Below, in pieces: positions 1 through 64,000 of a stretch of DNA of 64,000 nt. The stretch is taken from assembly GCA_951406725.2 (NCBI GenBank), contig OX597825.1, positions 81,964,001 through 82,028,000 of the forward strand, given 5' to 3'. Positions within the stretch are counted from its first letter, which is position 1; every line of letters starts with the position of its first letter. A model generated the notes under the pieces. The model saw nothing but the letters and a program-made list of their open reading frames with translations, had not been told where the DNA came from and made no database searches. This DNA is from Octopus vulgaris. Lineage: Eukaryota. The translations under genes were made by a program, and so were the position numbers.

Positions 1-30
1 TTATTCTTATTCTTATTCATACTCTTATTA

Positions 31-79
<49 letters not shown>

Positions 80-467
80 TCACTACTTGGAATCGAACTC
101 GGACAAATATCCGTCAAATGTAAATAATGTAAATAATCTACATACTTTATTATTGTTGTCTTGTTTTCAATAGATTCCGATTTTCAGGTCAAACGTTGCT
201 CTTCTTTGATAGTTATTGTCTTACGTTTAACGTTTCCAAAGAATTCTTTGATGTCTGATCTTTTATGATCGTGTCTTCTGTATTTGAAGTGGCGGAGATG
301 TTTGACTCGACAGAAAGTCAGATTGCCGATGAAACATAAAATCGATACTTTGCACTCCATCAACCGCATTGCACCAGTACACTTGATTCTCTTTCGGCAA
401 CAAAAGTAACAAAAACAACAGCAAGAAGAAGAAGAAGGACAACAACAATAACAACAACAGCAAAATC

Positions 468-1072
468 GCTATGATGGGATAGAACAGTATTTACATTGAA
501 AAATATGTAAACACTCCTGCTTACTGGTATGAGCATCATCCTGAGCCAGTTGTTGAAGGTAAAAATGTCACTATCCTCTGGGATTTTCCAGTCAACGCTA
601 ATCGACCAGACATAGTCATTAAAGACAAGGAAGAAAATACTTGTAGACTAATAGATGTAAGTGTTCCCACCGATAAAAATATATCCGTAAAGGAATTCGA
701 CAAAGTAAGTAAACCTGGAAATTGAAATACAAAAGATGTGGCATCTTAAAGCGGGAACTGTTCCTGTTATTGTGGGTGCCCTAGGTACGATAAGAAAGGG
801 ATATCAGAAACATCTTGATAATATCCCAGGAGAACCATGTCTCAGAGAAATGTAAAAGACTGTGTTGGCAAGTACTTACTGCCCACATCCTTATAAAAAT
901 CTTATGAATTTAAATGTCTGTGTTGTATTAGATGAAGATATTTCGCTACTGCCCCTACCAACTTCCCCCCCTTCCCCAAGCTTTCAGTCATACTGTAATA
1001 TCTTTCATTCACCCTAGGACGCTGGATGTGTCTCGGCAAGTGATGGTAACAAACATTCAGATTAAAAGTAAA

Positions 1073-1073
<1 letters not shown>
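468..1073 (+). mobile_element. 5'-truncated R4/Dong-clade non-LTR retrotransposon (restriction-like endonuclease region and 3' UTR), decayed
   Basis: Translation gives WYEHHPEPVVEGKNVTILWDFPV..NRPDIVIKDK....LIDVSVP and VPVIVGALG, the PD..D endonuclease, with frameshifts. It ends in (TAC)n(TAA)n. Confidence 0.88.
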
Positions 1074-1137
<64 letters not shown>

Positions 1138-4100
1138 ATAATAATAATAATAAAATGCCCTAATGAAATACGGGGCAGTATTTCAACTGATTAGAAGTGT
1201 TAACATGTGTATGTTTTGTCTGGAAAGTTCCTTGTAGTAGGGGTAAGGACTTCCTGGAAACTTCGGAGGAGGGTATGTGCTTTTTCTGGAAAGGTCGAGG
1301 ATTAGGAGGAAGGCGAAAATCTTCCTGGCAAATTCCGGTAAGAGGTGAGCACTTTCTGGAAATGTTCCGAGGACGCGGATGAAGGGGAGGAAGGACTTCT
1401 TGTAAAAGTCCAAGGAGCGAGAGTAAGGCCTTCCTGGAAAAGTCTAAATAAATAGACACTTCCTGAAAAGTCCTCTTCCTATATGTAAAAAATATTGCTT
1501 AACTAGGTGGAATTCTTTTATGAAATTGCAAAACACAAATCAGATAAAAATAGAACTATGAACTTGTAAATATTAGGTAAAAAAAATTCCTTTCGAACTG
1601 GAAATACTGATGACTACTCGTTAGACACGAAACCATTTCTCCTGTATAAAAAAAATAAACGTTCTTATCGTTGGACGAAAGAGACTTTTGAATTTCTCAT
1701 TAATTTTAAAATCTTTATTCTTACCAACAAGAATTGCATGTTGTTGACATCAACCTTCGATATTTTAATCCAAATTTTTACAGGCTGTTATTTATAGCTC
1801 TATCTATTTCGGGTTTCACCGTTTCAAAAAATATTTCACGTTCTCTCGAACAACAGCGTTGGTAACATTTTTGTTATTTATTTTTTATTTATGTGTATAA
1901 AAATAAATATAACATTAAATTCTTAAAAGCCTTAATTTTAATTTCTGAAATCAAAAGCGTACCAGTGGGTCTCGGCGCACCGTTTGAGTACCAGCACCGA
2001 ATATCACCTGTTAGATTAGGTTCTCACGAAAATTAGAATGGAACGAATCCAGTGAAAATAATCTTAGGGAAAATAGTCACAGAAAACAACTTAGAGGGAA
2101 AATGTAACGTTCTGCTAAGCGTTTTAGCTGGTGTGCTAACGATTCCGTCTTATCAACGATATATATGTTAACAGCAGCATTAAATGACACACAGACACTT
2201 AACTGAAACCTAAGACAGGATGGCCATTTCTGGAATACTTTTGATTATGTGTTTGTGTCATTAGAGCTGACCTAGGCTTAACATGAACAATATTAAGTTG
2301 AACTCTGTATCAAATTTCAACAGTATATATATTAAAACGCCATTATATATATTCGTCAGTCATCACCGTTAGATTCAGTCTGCTTAAATACAATGGCAGG
2401 GTGTATAGTGTCTTAGGGTGTATAATATTACACTATACAAACTTCAATCAAGGAAAACAAGAGAAAGAGCTAGTCGATAGCACCGACTTCAGTACTTGGC
2501 TGGTTTTTTTCCTTTCATCCATCACGAAAAGAGGAATGGCAAAGCTGACCTCGGTGAGACTCGAACTTGGAATGTAAAGAGCCGAAGTAAATACGGCAAG
2601 GTATTTTGTCCGATGCTCTGATGATTCTGTCACTCGATCGCCTTTAATAATTATCGTTTCATAATTTAGTCATCAGGGCTAACAGCTTTGAGAGGAGGGG
2701 CTCATCGATACCATCAGCCTCCGTACTTGCTGGATACTTTATTTTATCGTCCTCGAAGTGATGATAGGCAAAGATGATTTGGACGGGGTTTGAACTTAGA
2801 ATGTGAACTGGAAATATTTTCATGGTGAAGTAGAAACTAGAAGTCATTGAATCGGAAGATCATCGGACCAAATAACTAGCGATGTTTACTAAAGTTTCTT
2901 TACGTTGAATTCACATTTCACCGACGTCAGAATTTCCTCTTATCTTTGTTTCATAAAAAAAAAGTACCACTAAAGTAATGGGGACTGTTTAATCAACTGC
3001 ATCCTTCCTCAACCGTGGTCCTCTGCTACATTATTTTCAGACATGAGGCAGCGAACTGGCAGATTCATTACCACGCCAGGTAAAATGCTTATCGATGTTT
3101 CGTCCGTTTTTACGTTCTGAGTTCAAATTTCGCCGAGGTCGACTTTGCCTTTCATCCTTTCGGGGTTGATAAAATAAATGATCGTTGAGCACTGGGGTTA
3201 ATGTAAACGATTTACCCCTCCCCTCCCCCTGAAATTGCTGGCCTTGTGCCGAAATTTGAAACAAAATTATTTTCGGACATATGGTGATGAGCTGTTAGAA
3301 TCTTTAGTACGCCGGATAAAGTGCTTAGCAGCATTTCGACCGTTTTTACGTATCTGAGTTCAAATCCGCCAAGGTCGACTTTCATGGTCGATAAAATAAG
3401 TACCAGTTGAGCTCTGGTGTCGCTGTAATCGACTATTTCCCTCTCCTGAATTTTTGGAAACCAATATCTTTTCGGACATGTTTCGCTTTAATTAAGCCTC
3501 TTTATTGGTAATTTAGCCTTCGCCGTACTTGCCGAAGTAGTGTTGAGAGAAGCACTAGAGAGATGTACATACAATATTGTACATTAACAGGCGTGGAAAA
3601 GCTAGAATTGTTTAGAGGATAAATTACAAAAACACCGTACGTGTATATTTTGAATGTAGTTTTATCAAAGACTCCTTTCTTTTATATATTAAAAAAAACT
3701 TTATGCGTTTCTATTTCACGTTAACGAAACTTCTGATTAGAATCTTCTTATTCATTTATCTGATAAAAACAAAAAAGGAGTTAGTCTAGCTTCTTATAGC
3801 AGTTATAAGATTTCACTATTGCGAGTGTCGGCAACAACTTCGAGGCCTAAAGGGTTCCTAGAAAATGTACCAGAATATAAAGAAAAAACAAAACGGAACA
3901 AAAATTACGCAAAAAAAAAAAATATCCGGAAATAAAATAAAGAGAAGACAAACATTCACTCACATATGTATATTTATTTTAAGAAAACAAACTTTGGTAT
4001 TTTTGACACAGTTTCTAAAAAGAAGACTTTTAAAACTTGATAATGAAGAAATCCTTTTTCGACTGTTGATCATCTCTTTCTTCGATATTTATAACGAAAA

Positions 4101-5317
4101 AAAAAAAAGGTTTTAATTTTTTTTATTTTTAATCTTCGTTCTGTTTGGAAGACATTTTAAAAGATTTTTCCGTTTTTCTTTTATTATTTTTTTTTGTATT
4201 CTTATGCAAAATTGTCTTCATCATCAAGTACTGAATTGATTTTTTTCAGCATTTCATACTTATAAATTATCAAAGTTTCTTCATTAAAATCATCCTCGTC
4301 TTTTATGTGTTCACATAATCTTTTGCTTTTTGTTTTTTCAAATATTTCTCTCTTTTGAAAGGTCTTTTGATTTTTTTTTGCTTAATATCTATTCAAAAAT
4401 GTACCTATTAGACAATTCAATCAAATGAATTACGAATATTGTTGAATAAAGTTGTGGTATAATACGTATCACAAAAAAAAAGAACACTAATAAATCAGTC
4501 CCAATGTTCACCGATGTGTGCTTTCGCAGATATCACCAGATGTCGTCTGCTAGATCCGAGCTTCGTAAAAATTCAAAGGGCAAGCTATAAGAATTGTTTA
4601 TCGCAAAACATTCATACATAATATTAAAAAAGGACTTTTATTCAAGTAAAATGTGTTACGACTAAAGTTCCGACGTTTTCACTGAAATAATTATTGAACA
4701 ATTCTCAATGTTTTTTTTTTCGTTCAGTGAATATTTTTTTTTACATCACTTCCAGTCAGATTTGTTTTTGTTTTTTTTTTTGCATTTTTAAGCTTTTTTT
4801 TTTTGACACTAGATTTATTTTACATGATTAGGATAATGCTGTGGATGATGATGGTGACGGATGTTGATATTCATGTTTATGATGATGAAAATGATGATGA
4901 CTGTATCGGCAACGATGAGGATAACAATAAAAAAAAGTAATGGGGGAAATACAGCGATAACAATAAAAACACCAAAACAAACCACATCACATATCCCAGC
5001 CGCACAGAGCTGCGCTTGCCAGTGCAATGAAAGCATGTAATAGTAATAAGACTACTGAATAATAATAATAATAATAATAGTAATAATAATAATCTTTTCT
5101 TCTAAAGGCACAGGCCTGGAATTTAGGAGAGGGAGTTAGTTGATAACATCGACCCCAGTACTTGACTGGTACTTAATTTATCAACCCCGAGAGGATGAAA
5201 GGCAAAGTCGACCTCGGCGGAATTTGAACTCAGAACGTAGCGACGGGCGATAAATACCGCTAAGCATTTCGCCCGGTGCGCTAACGATTCTGCAGTCTCG
5301 CCGCCTTAGTCACAATG

Positions 5318-5382
<65 letters not shown>

Positions 5383-5496
5383 TTAAGAACCAGTTGAAGA
5401 CACACAAGATGTCGAAATATCGTTCACTAGATAACAATGGCACTCTTCTAATTTTGACTCTATATCTTCAGGAGGTTTTACCTCAATCCTTTCTAT

Positions 5497-5543
<47 letters not shown>

Positions 5544-6185
5544 TAGCAACAACAATAATGTTTATAATTTCCAACATAGGCAGAAGGTCAGTTGTGGTGT
5601 GGTATAGAATATAGTCGATGGTATTGACCTCATTACATAACTGGTACTTTATTTTATCGCCTCCTCATCGTGGAAGAGTAAAAAGCAGAGTAGGACCTTA
5701 AATAATGGCGTTTTTTTCTGGGTTTTTATTCTTAAAAAAAAAGTCAAAGCAGTAAAACCTGTTTGAAATAATGTTAAGTTAATTGTGAAGGGATGCAACA
5801 CAACGCTAGCTGCTGGGTACGAATTCATAGGCGCCCTATGTACCAGGAGGTTTACTATCTTAAAAATGCTCTGTTATGTATAGCAACAAGAACAACAACG
5901 AAAAGAAGAACAACAACAAAAATATGCAACAACAACAAAAACAATAAAGCAGTTTAGCTAGACTATCGTATGATAGCAATGTTCTTGGTGAAGATGATGA
6001 TGATGATGATGATGATGATGGTGATAAGACAAGAACAATTACAAAATCAACAAAAAAATAAAACAAAAAATCTAACTTTTTTTTTGTATTTCAAAGTACC
6101 TTTTCTTTGTGAGTGTGTGTGAGTGTCTGTGTGTGTCTGTGTGCTTGGCAGTGTCTGTGTTTGTGAATGAGAATGCATGCGACTG

Positions 6186-6316
<131 letters not shown>

Positions 6317-6322
6317 ATTTAC

Positions 6323-6355
<33 letters not shown>

Positions 6356-7018
6356 TGTGTGTGTATGCATATATATATGGTTTTATGTATATATATATGC
6401 AATTATACACACGCACACACATATAAATGCAAGTACATACGAGTGAATAAAAATCGAAAGAGAGTAACTCTCAACACATTCGGTTGAATTTCTATGCATT
6501 TAATAACAAACGGCTTGACTCAGCTCCTCAGAACCCCAGGCTTTCTTCGAAAATCTGATGAGAAGGACGTGTCCCATGGAACCGAAAAAAGTTTAACGTC
6601 GTGTGGAGGTGAGTCAAACTGTCATAAAATATAGGTATGCATTCGCGTGTTTGTGTATGCATCTATGCGTGCACATGTAGTATGTGAGTGTAGCTTTGTG
6701 AATGAGTGGCTGTGTGCCTGCGTATGCTAGTGTACATTTCTGTGTTAGTACATGTTTTAACGCTGTGTGTAGGCATGTGAGAGGGATATATATATAAAGA
6801 TATATATATATATATACAAACATACATATATATATATATATTTATATATATACATACATATATATATGTATATATACAAACACATATATATATACACATA
6901 CATATACATATATATGTATATATACACATATATATATATATATATTTACTCATCTATAATTATATATACATATATATTTACACATTCATAAATATATATA
7001 TATATTTACATATATATT

Positions 7019-7081
<63 letters not shown>

Positions 7082-7084
7082 TTT

Positions 7085-7133
<49 letters not shown>

Positions 7134-7236
7134 ATATATATATATCACTAATAGTACCCGACCTGTTGCACCGCAGAGAAGTCTTTACGGAAAAGATTTT
7201 CCTTGTCGAAGTGAATTAGCAACGAACACAACGGTC

Positions 7237-57716
<50,480 letters not shown>

Positions 57717-57913
57717 CTGTAAACAAGGAACGGTTAATGATAAATAAATAAATAAATATATGACTTAGAAGTAGCCAGGAAAAAAAGGCAAAACTCAAAA
57801 ATAAATGTACACATATATATGTACACACACACACAGACACACACATACGTATACACACACACACATATATATATGTATGTATATGTCTATATATATATGT
57901 ATCTATGTATATG

Positions 57914-57966
<53 letters not shown>

Positions 57967-58169
57967 GTATATAAATGTATATATATATGTGTATAAATGT
58001 ATATATATATATATATATATATACATTTATATATATACATGTATATATTTAAGTATATATACATATATGTATATATTTAAGTATATATATATATATCTGT
58101 ATGTATATATATATATGTGTGTATATAAGTATACATATATATGTATATATATGTATATACAAATGTATA

Positions 58170-58209
<40 letters not shown>

Positions 58210-58223
<14 letters not shown>

Positions 58224-58689
58224 TCTAGTTGTGTGAGTGTCTGTCCCCTTCGATTTAGATTCCTAACTCCTCCCACATTTTGCGGTGCAGTTTAACCAAA
58301 TTCGGGTATCTTATAGTCGTGATTCATATCGAGCCCGTCTGACTATTAGCGCGCGTCAACGATGAGTCTACGATTTTAAAAATAATTTAACATCATTTTT
58401 TATTCCATTTTAATGCATAAAATGCATCGTGTGTCGATGGCGGCGGAGTTGGCGTCCACGCTCACAGCTGCACCTGTTTGCTTCTCCCCCTTCCCTCCCT
58501 CGTGAAGCTGTGGGGAAGGGAGTGTAAAGAAATCAACGTCGTAATGCGTTGTGAAGGAAACCAGCGTTCTTTTAGAACAACGACTTCATGGCTTGAAGAC
58601 ACCAAAACAGAAATGGCTAAGAAAGCCCGAATTTATAAGGGAAGTAACTCTCTAAAAGTTATATAGTTATTTCCCTTACATACTGCTAG
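58210..58689 (+). mobile_element. Helitron-like element with an alternative subterminal hairpin
   Basis: (TA)nAAACTCTAGTTG start. It ends TACTGCTAG|T like the other two Helitrons, preceded by TAAGGGAAGTAACT...AGTTATTTCCCTTA. Confidence 0.6.
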
Positions 58690-58871
58690 TATATATATAT
58701 ATATGTATATATATGTATATATATGTATATACATATGTATATATATGTATATATATGTATATACATATGTATATATTCATATATATTTATTTATATGTAT
58801 GTGTATATATATATTTATATATATGTATGTATATATGTATATATGTATGCATATATATGTATGTATGTATA

Positions 58872-58928
<57 letters not shown>

Positions 58929-59841
58929 ATAAAAGTATAATTAACATAACTGGCTTACGTAAACGAATGTTCCATGTTCCAGTTGATTCAATCAAAAGAA
59001 CAGCTTACTCGTAAAATTAATGTACAAGTGGCTGAGTACTCCGCTGACACACGTACACTTAAAGTGTACACACACATGCACACACACAGAGGAAGAAAGA
59101 AGAGCGAGAGCGAGAGAGAGAGAGAGAGAGAGATAGATAGAGAAAGAAAGAGAGGCAGAGAATGCGCACATATGGATGTATGTACAGCCTTGTGGTTAAG
59201 AAACAGGTCCAGGTTCGATCACCTTCGCCAGCGTAGTCCAAGATGGACAATGAATTGGGAGAGAATTTTGGTAAATGGAGTGTTTGTAGAAAGCGCATTA
59301 CATGTGTGTGTTTGTTTGTGTGTGTGTGTGTGTTGGGTGTGTGTTTGTGTGTACGCGAGCACGATTATGTATTCGGTACGTGTGTATGTGCGTATGTGTG
59401 TTTGTGTGTGTGTTTGTGTGTGTGTTTGTGTGTGTGTTTGTGTGTGTGTTTGTGTGTATTTGTGTGAGTGTGTATGTATGTTTATGTGCTTGTGTTTGTG
59501 TGTGAGTGTTTGTGTGTATTTGTTTGTGTGTGTGTAGAATCATGTGTGTATGTCTGTATGTGTGTGTGTGTGTGCGTGCGCGCGCGCATGAATATGTATT
59601 AGGTTGCGTTTGTATGTGCGTATGTGTGTTTGTGTGTGTGTTGTGTGAGTTTGTGTGTGTTTGCTTGTGTGTACATGTATGTTTTTGTGTATGTATGTGT
59701 GCGTATGTTTGTGTGTGTGTGTGTGCGTTTATGTCCATTTGTGTTATTGTGTGTGTGTCTGTGTGTAATTGTGTGTGTATGTTTGTGTGCGTCTGTGTGT
59801 GCGTGTGTGAATATGTATTAGGTTGCATGTGTATGTGCGTA

Positions 59842-59876
<35 letters not shown>

Positions 59877-60812
59877 TTGTGTGTGCGTGTACGCGCACAC
59901 GAGTATGTATTTGGTTGTGTGTGTATGTGCGTGAGTGTTTGTATGTAAATTTGGTTAAGAACTAAAAAGAACTTAGAAAAAGACATGCAAGATGACATAA
60001 GTTCATAATTGATATTATGAGTTTAACGTTTAGGGAAATGCAAAGAGCTAATTACTGTAACGTTTCGTTCAATAGCACTTCTTCAGTTTGTGAAAAAGGA
60101 GAGGGGAAAACAAGGCCAAACTTGAAAAGAAAAAAGAAAAAGAAATAAAGAATCAGCTGCGGCCATGCTGGGGTTATACGTTAAATAAAGAATTCTAAAC
60201 GAACGATTTCGACACTAAGTTTTTAAGTTAAGTGCTTATTCTATCGGTCTCTTTTGTCGAACCGTTAAGCTACGGGAACGTAATCACACTAACACTTGTT
60301 CTCAAGTGGCGGTGTGGGGCGAGGGAAAACACAGAAACAACAACACACGCGCACATATATTTATATATACTACAACGGGCTTCTTTCAGTTTCTATCTAC
60401 CAAATGCTCTCATAAAGTTTTGGTCGGCCCGAGGCTATAGTAGAAGACATTTACTCAAGATGCCGAGTAGAGGAATTGAACTAGGAACCATATGGTTGGG
60501 AAATAAACTTCTTATCATATGTGCACGATATCGATTTATCTATAATATCTACCTATAGATAATGGCGGTGAGCCGTCAGAATCAATACCGCACCGGAAAA
60601 ATTGCTTCGAAGCATTTTTTCTGACATTATGCTCTGCGTTTGAATTCCGCCCTAATCGACTTTGCCTTTCATCCTTTCGGAGTCGATAAAATAAATACCA
60701 GTTATGCACTGGGGTCGCTATAATCGACTTACCCATTTTTCCGAAATTGCTGGCCTTGTGCCAACATTTTAAATCCTGATCATGATCTTCATCATCATCA
60801 TTATCATCATCA

Positions 60813-60874
<62 letters not shown>

Positions 60875-61237
60875 GTTATTGTTATTATTACTATTGTTAT
60901 TATTATTTTTATTATTATTATTATTAATATTAATATTATTATGAAGGTGGTGAAATGGCAGAATTGTTAGCCCACAGGACAATGTCTCACAGCATTTCTT
61001 CTGACGTTACGGTCTGAGTTCAAATACCTCCGGGGCCGACTTTACCTTTTGTCATTCCGGGGTCCATAGAATACCTACCTGTTGAACACTGGGGTGGATG
61101 TAATGGACTCCGGTGTCCAAGTTATCCCCCTCTCCCGAAACTGCTGGCCTTGTTCCAAAATTAGGAATCCCTATCTATCTATAGATATTATTACACGCAT
61201 TGAAGAATGTGCGTGTGTTTGCGAGGAACAATAATGT

Positions 61238-61634
61238 TATATATATATATATATAAAGCTGAAGTTGTCTGTGTATGGCAGGTTTGGTAGCCTTCAACTA
61301 ACACTATCTCCTCCGAGACCCTGCGGCGCAAGTCGACCAAAATTGAGAGTATGATAGAAAAAGGTCTGCTCTTCCTTCCGTAGAAGAAAAATTTCAAATC
61401 GGACCATGTTAATACCAAAAATTATTTACATAAAAAAGGTGCTTTTTTTTTCTATGAAAATCCCTATTTTTTACGATTCTTTGACTGGTGTGTCGCTATT
61501 TTTCGGTGTATTTCAACCAGAAAATGTTCACTCAAAGAGAATAACAAGCTACATAATGCAAATTTTTTACTTTAAAAAAATTCCAATTCTAAAGGGTCGA
61601 AACAAACCCGAGCAACGCCGGGTGATACTGCTAG
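61238..61634 (+). mobile_element. Non-autonomous Helitron
   Basis: (TA)nAAGCTGAAG start; CCCGAGCAACGCCGGG hairpin followed by CTAG|T at the end. Confidence 0.78.
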
Positions 61635-62466
61635 TTTTAGAATAGTTTAAAAAAAATATCCACTGCGAGTTTATTGATGACGTTGTTCTAGAATAAGTGT
61701 GGAATAAACACACACCAACAATCGCTCTTCAATATATATACACACATTTACACACATTATGATTGATGATATATCGTTATAAACAATATAAGTATAAATT
61801 TGAGACAGAAATTAAAAACACAATAATGACGAATCCACTGGAGAGAGGCGAACCATATACCTCTCGCTTACCAGATAAACACAACACCTTACACAGTAAA
61901 TTGAGCTGAGGGGTTTCCCCTTTCATAATTTATAATTTATGGATATGTATGTATATATATAACAGCTGACTGAACACTGGGTATTTATTTAAAAGTTTAA
62001 ACAAACATTCTGGGTCGTATAATCTTTAATTGCTTTTAGTCGAACAGCAAAGACTGTAAGTTTCAGTCAAGCTTCAGAATGCGAACTTCCTGAAGTAAAT
62101 AATTTTGACAGCATAATCTTCGCTCTTTGTTCAATGTCGTGAAAGACTACATTAAAACGCTATATATTTTGTATGTTTCCAATGAAATAAAGCTTTCAGG
62201 GCCAGAACAATCTTCAATTCTGAATAGTTGCTGATGTGTGTATGTATGTATGTACGTACGTACGTACGTATGTATGTATGTATGTATGTATGTATGAATA
62301 TATTTATATATATATATAAATATAAATACATAGATGTATATATATATGTATATACATACATATGTATATATATATACACACACACAGACATATATATACA
62401 TCTATAAACACACTTATATATATACATGTGTATATGTATGTGTATGTATATATCTATATAAATATA

Positions 62467-62551
<85 letters not shown>

Positions 62552-64000
62552 CATACATATGTATACACACACGCACACACATATGTATACACATGTATAA
62601 ACACACGCTTATACATGTGTATATATTTGTATGCATGTATGTATGTTTGTATGTATGTATGTATGTGTGTGTGTATGTACGTATGTATGTAAGTAGTGTA
62701 GTGTACGGAACAGACCCGTGACCTTGTTTAGAGTACAGTCCTTGTAAGCGGGAACAATGCTCTTACTATAAGCGAGCGAAGGTGCCTCTTTGTAGTCGCT
62801 CGACTTACTAACTATAAATAACAACTGAATCCCCACCCCATCCCTTATTCCAAACTACTGCCTAGAACCGTTAGAAACGGACATACTTGATTACGCTAGA
62901 TCTGGGCTGTCTGTACGTAGGATAAAATTTGTGGTGGTCATGACTTGATTGCTTTTTGATCATGGATCTGGCTCAGCACAACCATTTAATCCTTTGAGAA
63001 CAACAACTATAATAACAACAAAGAAACCTTTACATATATATGTTCTCGATGGCCTCCACCGACCCAATCAGCCTGTCAGATAAAGAGCAACCCTCCATTC
63101 ACATATTCCCTAAAGAACAAATATGATACATCCGCACTCAGCCTCTTTTCTCTTTTCTGCTTCAATGCTTTATGCTTCTCCGAATTTGGGTTCAGCTATA
63201 GCTGTATGGTTAAAATGTTTGCTTTGCCACCTCACGGTTCTACGATCGATCCCATCGCGCTGCATTCTTTTCCAAGTATTTTCCACTATAGCTTTTCGTC
63301 GATTTAAGCCTGTGAGCGAAATAGAGTGGATGGAAGCTGTACGGAAGTCCATCATCAGATCTCTACTTTCCATTTTTTCGCCATCAGACCCGGTGGCCCA
63401 GCAAAAAGTCAGTTGTTCAGCCCTTCTTCTGCATACGATTACTAGAGAGAATTTTATGCATCTGCCTCTGTTCCAACGCATTTTTAAAATCGTTTAATGA
63501 ACGGGGAGGAGAACAGCACCTATGGTCCTAAATTTTATATTGCTCAGAGTTTCCGTAACTGGTTGAAAGAAGTAAGCATCGAACTGGAGATCTGGACCGA
63601 GTGCTTCAAACAGAGTGGACTCTGCCAACGACACTCAAAATCTAGGAGATGATGCTAATCCAGGCGGTACATAAATCTAATACATAAAAAATAACGGTCC
63701 TTTCAATGGACCTCGATATTTTCTCTCAGTTGAGTTTCATTCACAAATATTGGATTGAACCAGGCTATAGTAGAAGATCCTTGCCCAAGGTCCTGCGCTG
63801 TGTATCAGATATGAAACCACGTAACCGTGAAACGAATATCTTAACCATTTGGCTATGCTTTCGCCACTTGGTCATTCGGTACTTTGAGTAGAGTACGCTC
63901 TCTTTAAGCTTTCGGCCCAATTTACGGGTCAGGATAACGCATGAGTTGTGTTTTATTTTTGCTCTGGAGTAAGGAGCTATGACTGCTGCAGTACTTTTCT

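Noticed and set aside
184-369. 61-aa minus-strand ORF
   Set aside because: No recognisable domain or splice context.
1213-1475. CRISPR-like repeat-spacer appearance
   Set aside because: Eukaryotic context, degenerate repeats, irregular spacers and no cas genes.
62147-62232. Possible upstream THSD4 exon (DCSGPESF)
   Set aside because: It lacks the expected FR..QC motif and runs into a stop with no suitable donor.

Overview
AT-rich, microsatellite-saturated eukaryotic DNA, most likely from an octopus (inferred from the SINE families and repeat style). The only supportable protein-coding gene is on the minus strand. It has 11 GT-AG exons (57716 down to the stop at 7237), all junction phases chain correctly, and it encodes about 850 C-terminal residues of an ADAMTS-like extracellular matrix protein of the THSD4/ADAMTSL4 type: Cys-rich domain, spacer, a ~260-aa His/Arg/Ser-rich insert, six thrombospondin type-1 repeats (TSRs) and a PLAC domain. 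The 5' exons were not found and probably lie beyond the window end. The introns and flank carry at least three tRNA-derived SINE families, two R4/Dong-type retrotransposon ends, mariner and maT relics, MITEs (one Merlin-like), non-autonomous Helitrons and degenerate minisatellites. The most notable non-coding signal is about 11 minimal type-I hammerhead ribozyme motifs of the Penelope-element kind, nearly all with different palindromic stem III sequences. Three retain an intact core and stems. There are also several 300-500 bp intronic foldbacks near exons that are candidate ADAR substrates. Almost all ORFs in the supplied track are microsatellite artefacts. All calls were made by eye, without database searches or folding software.
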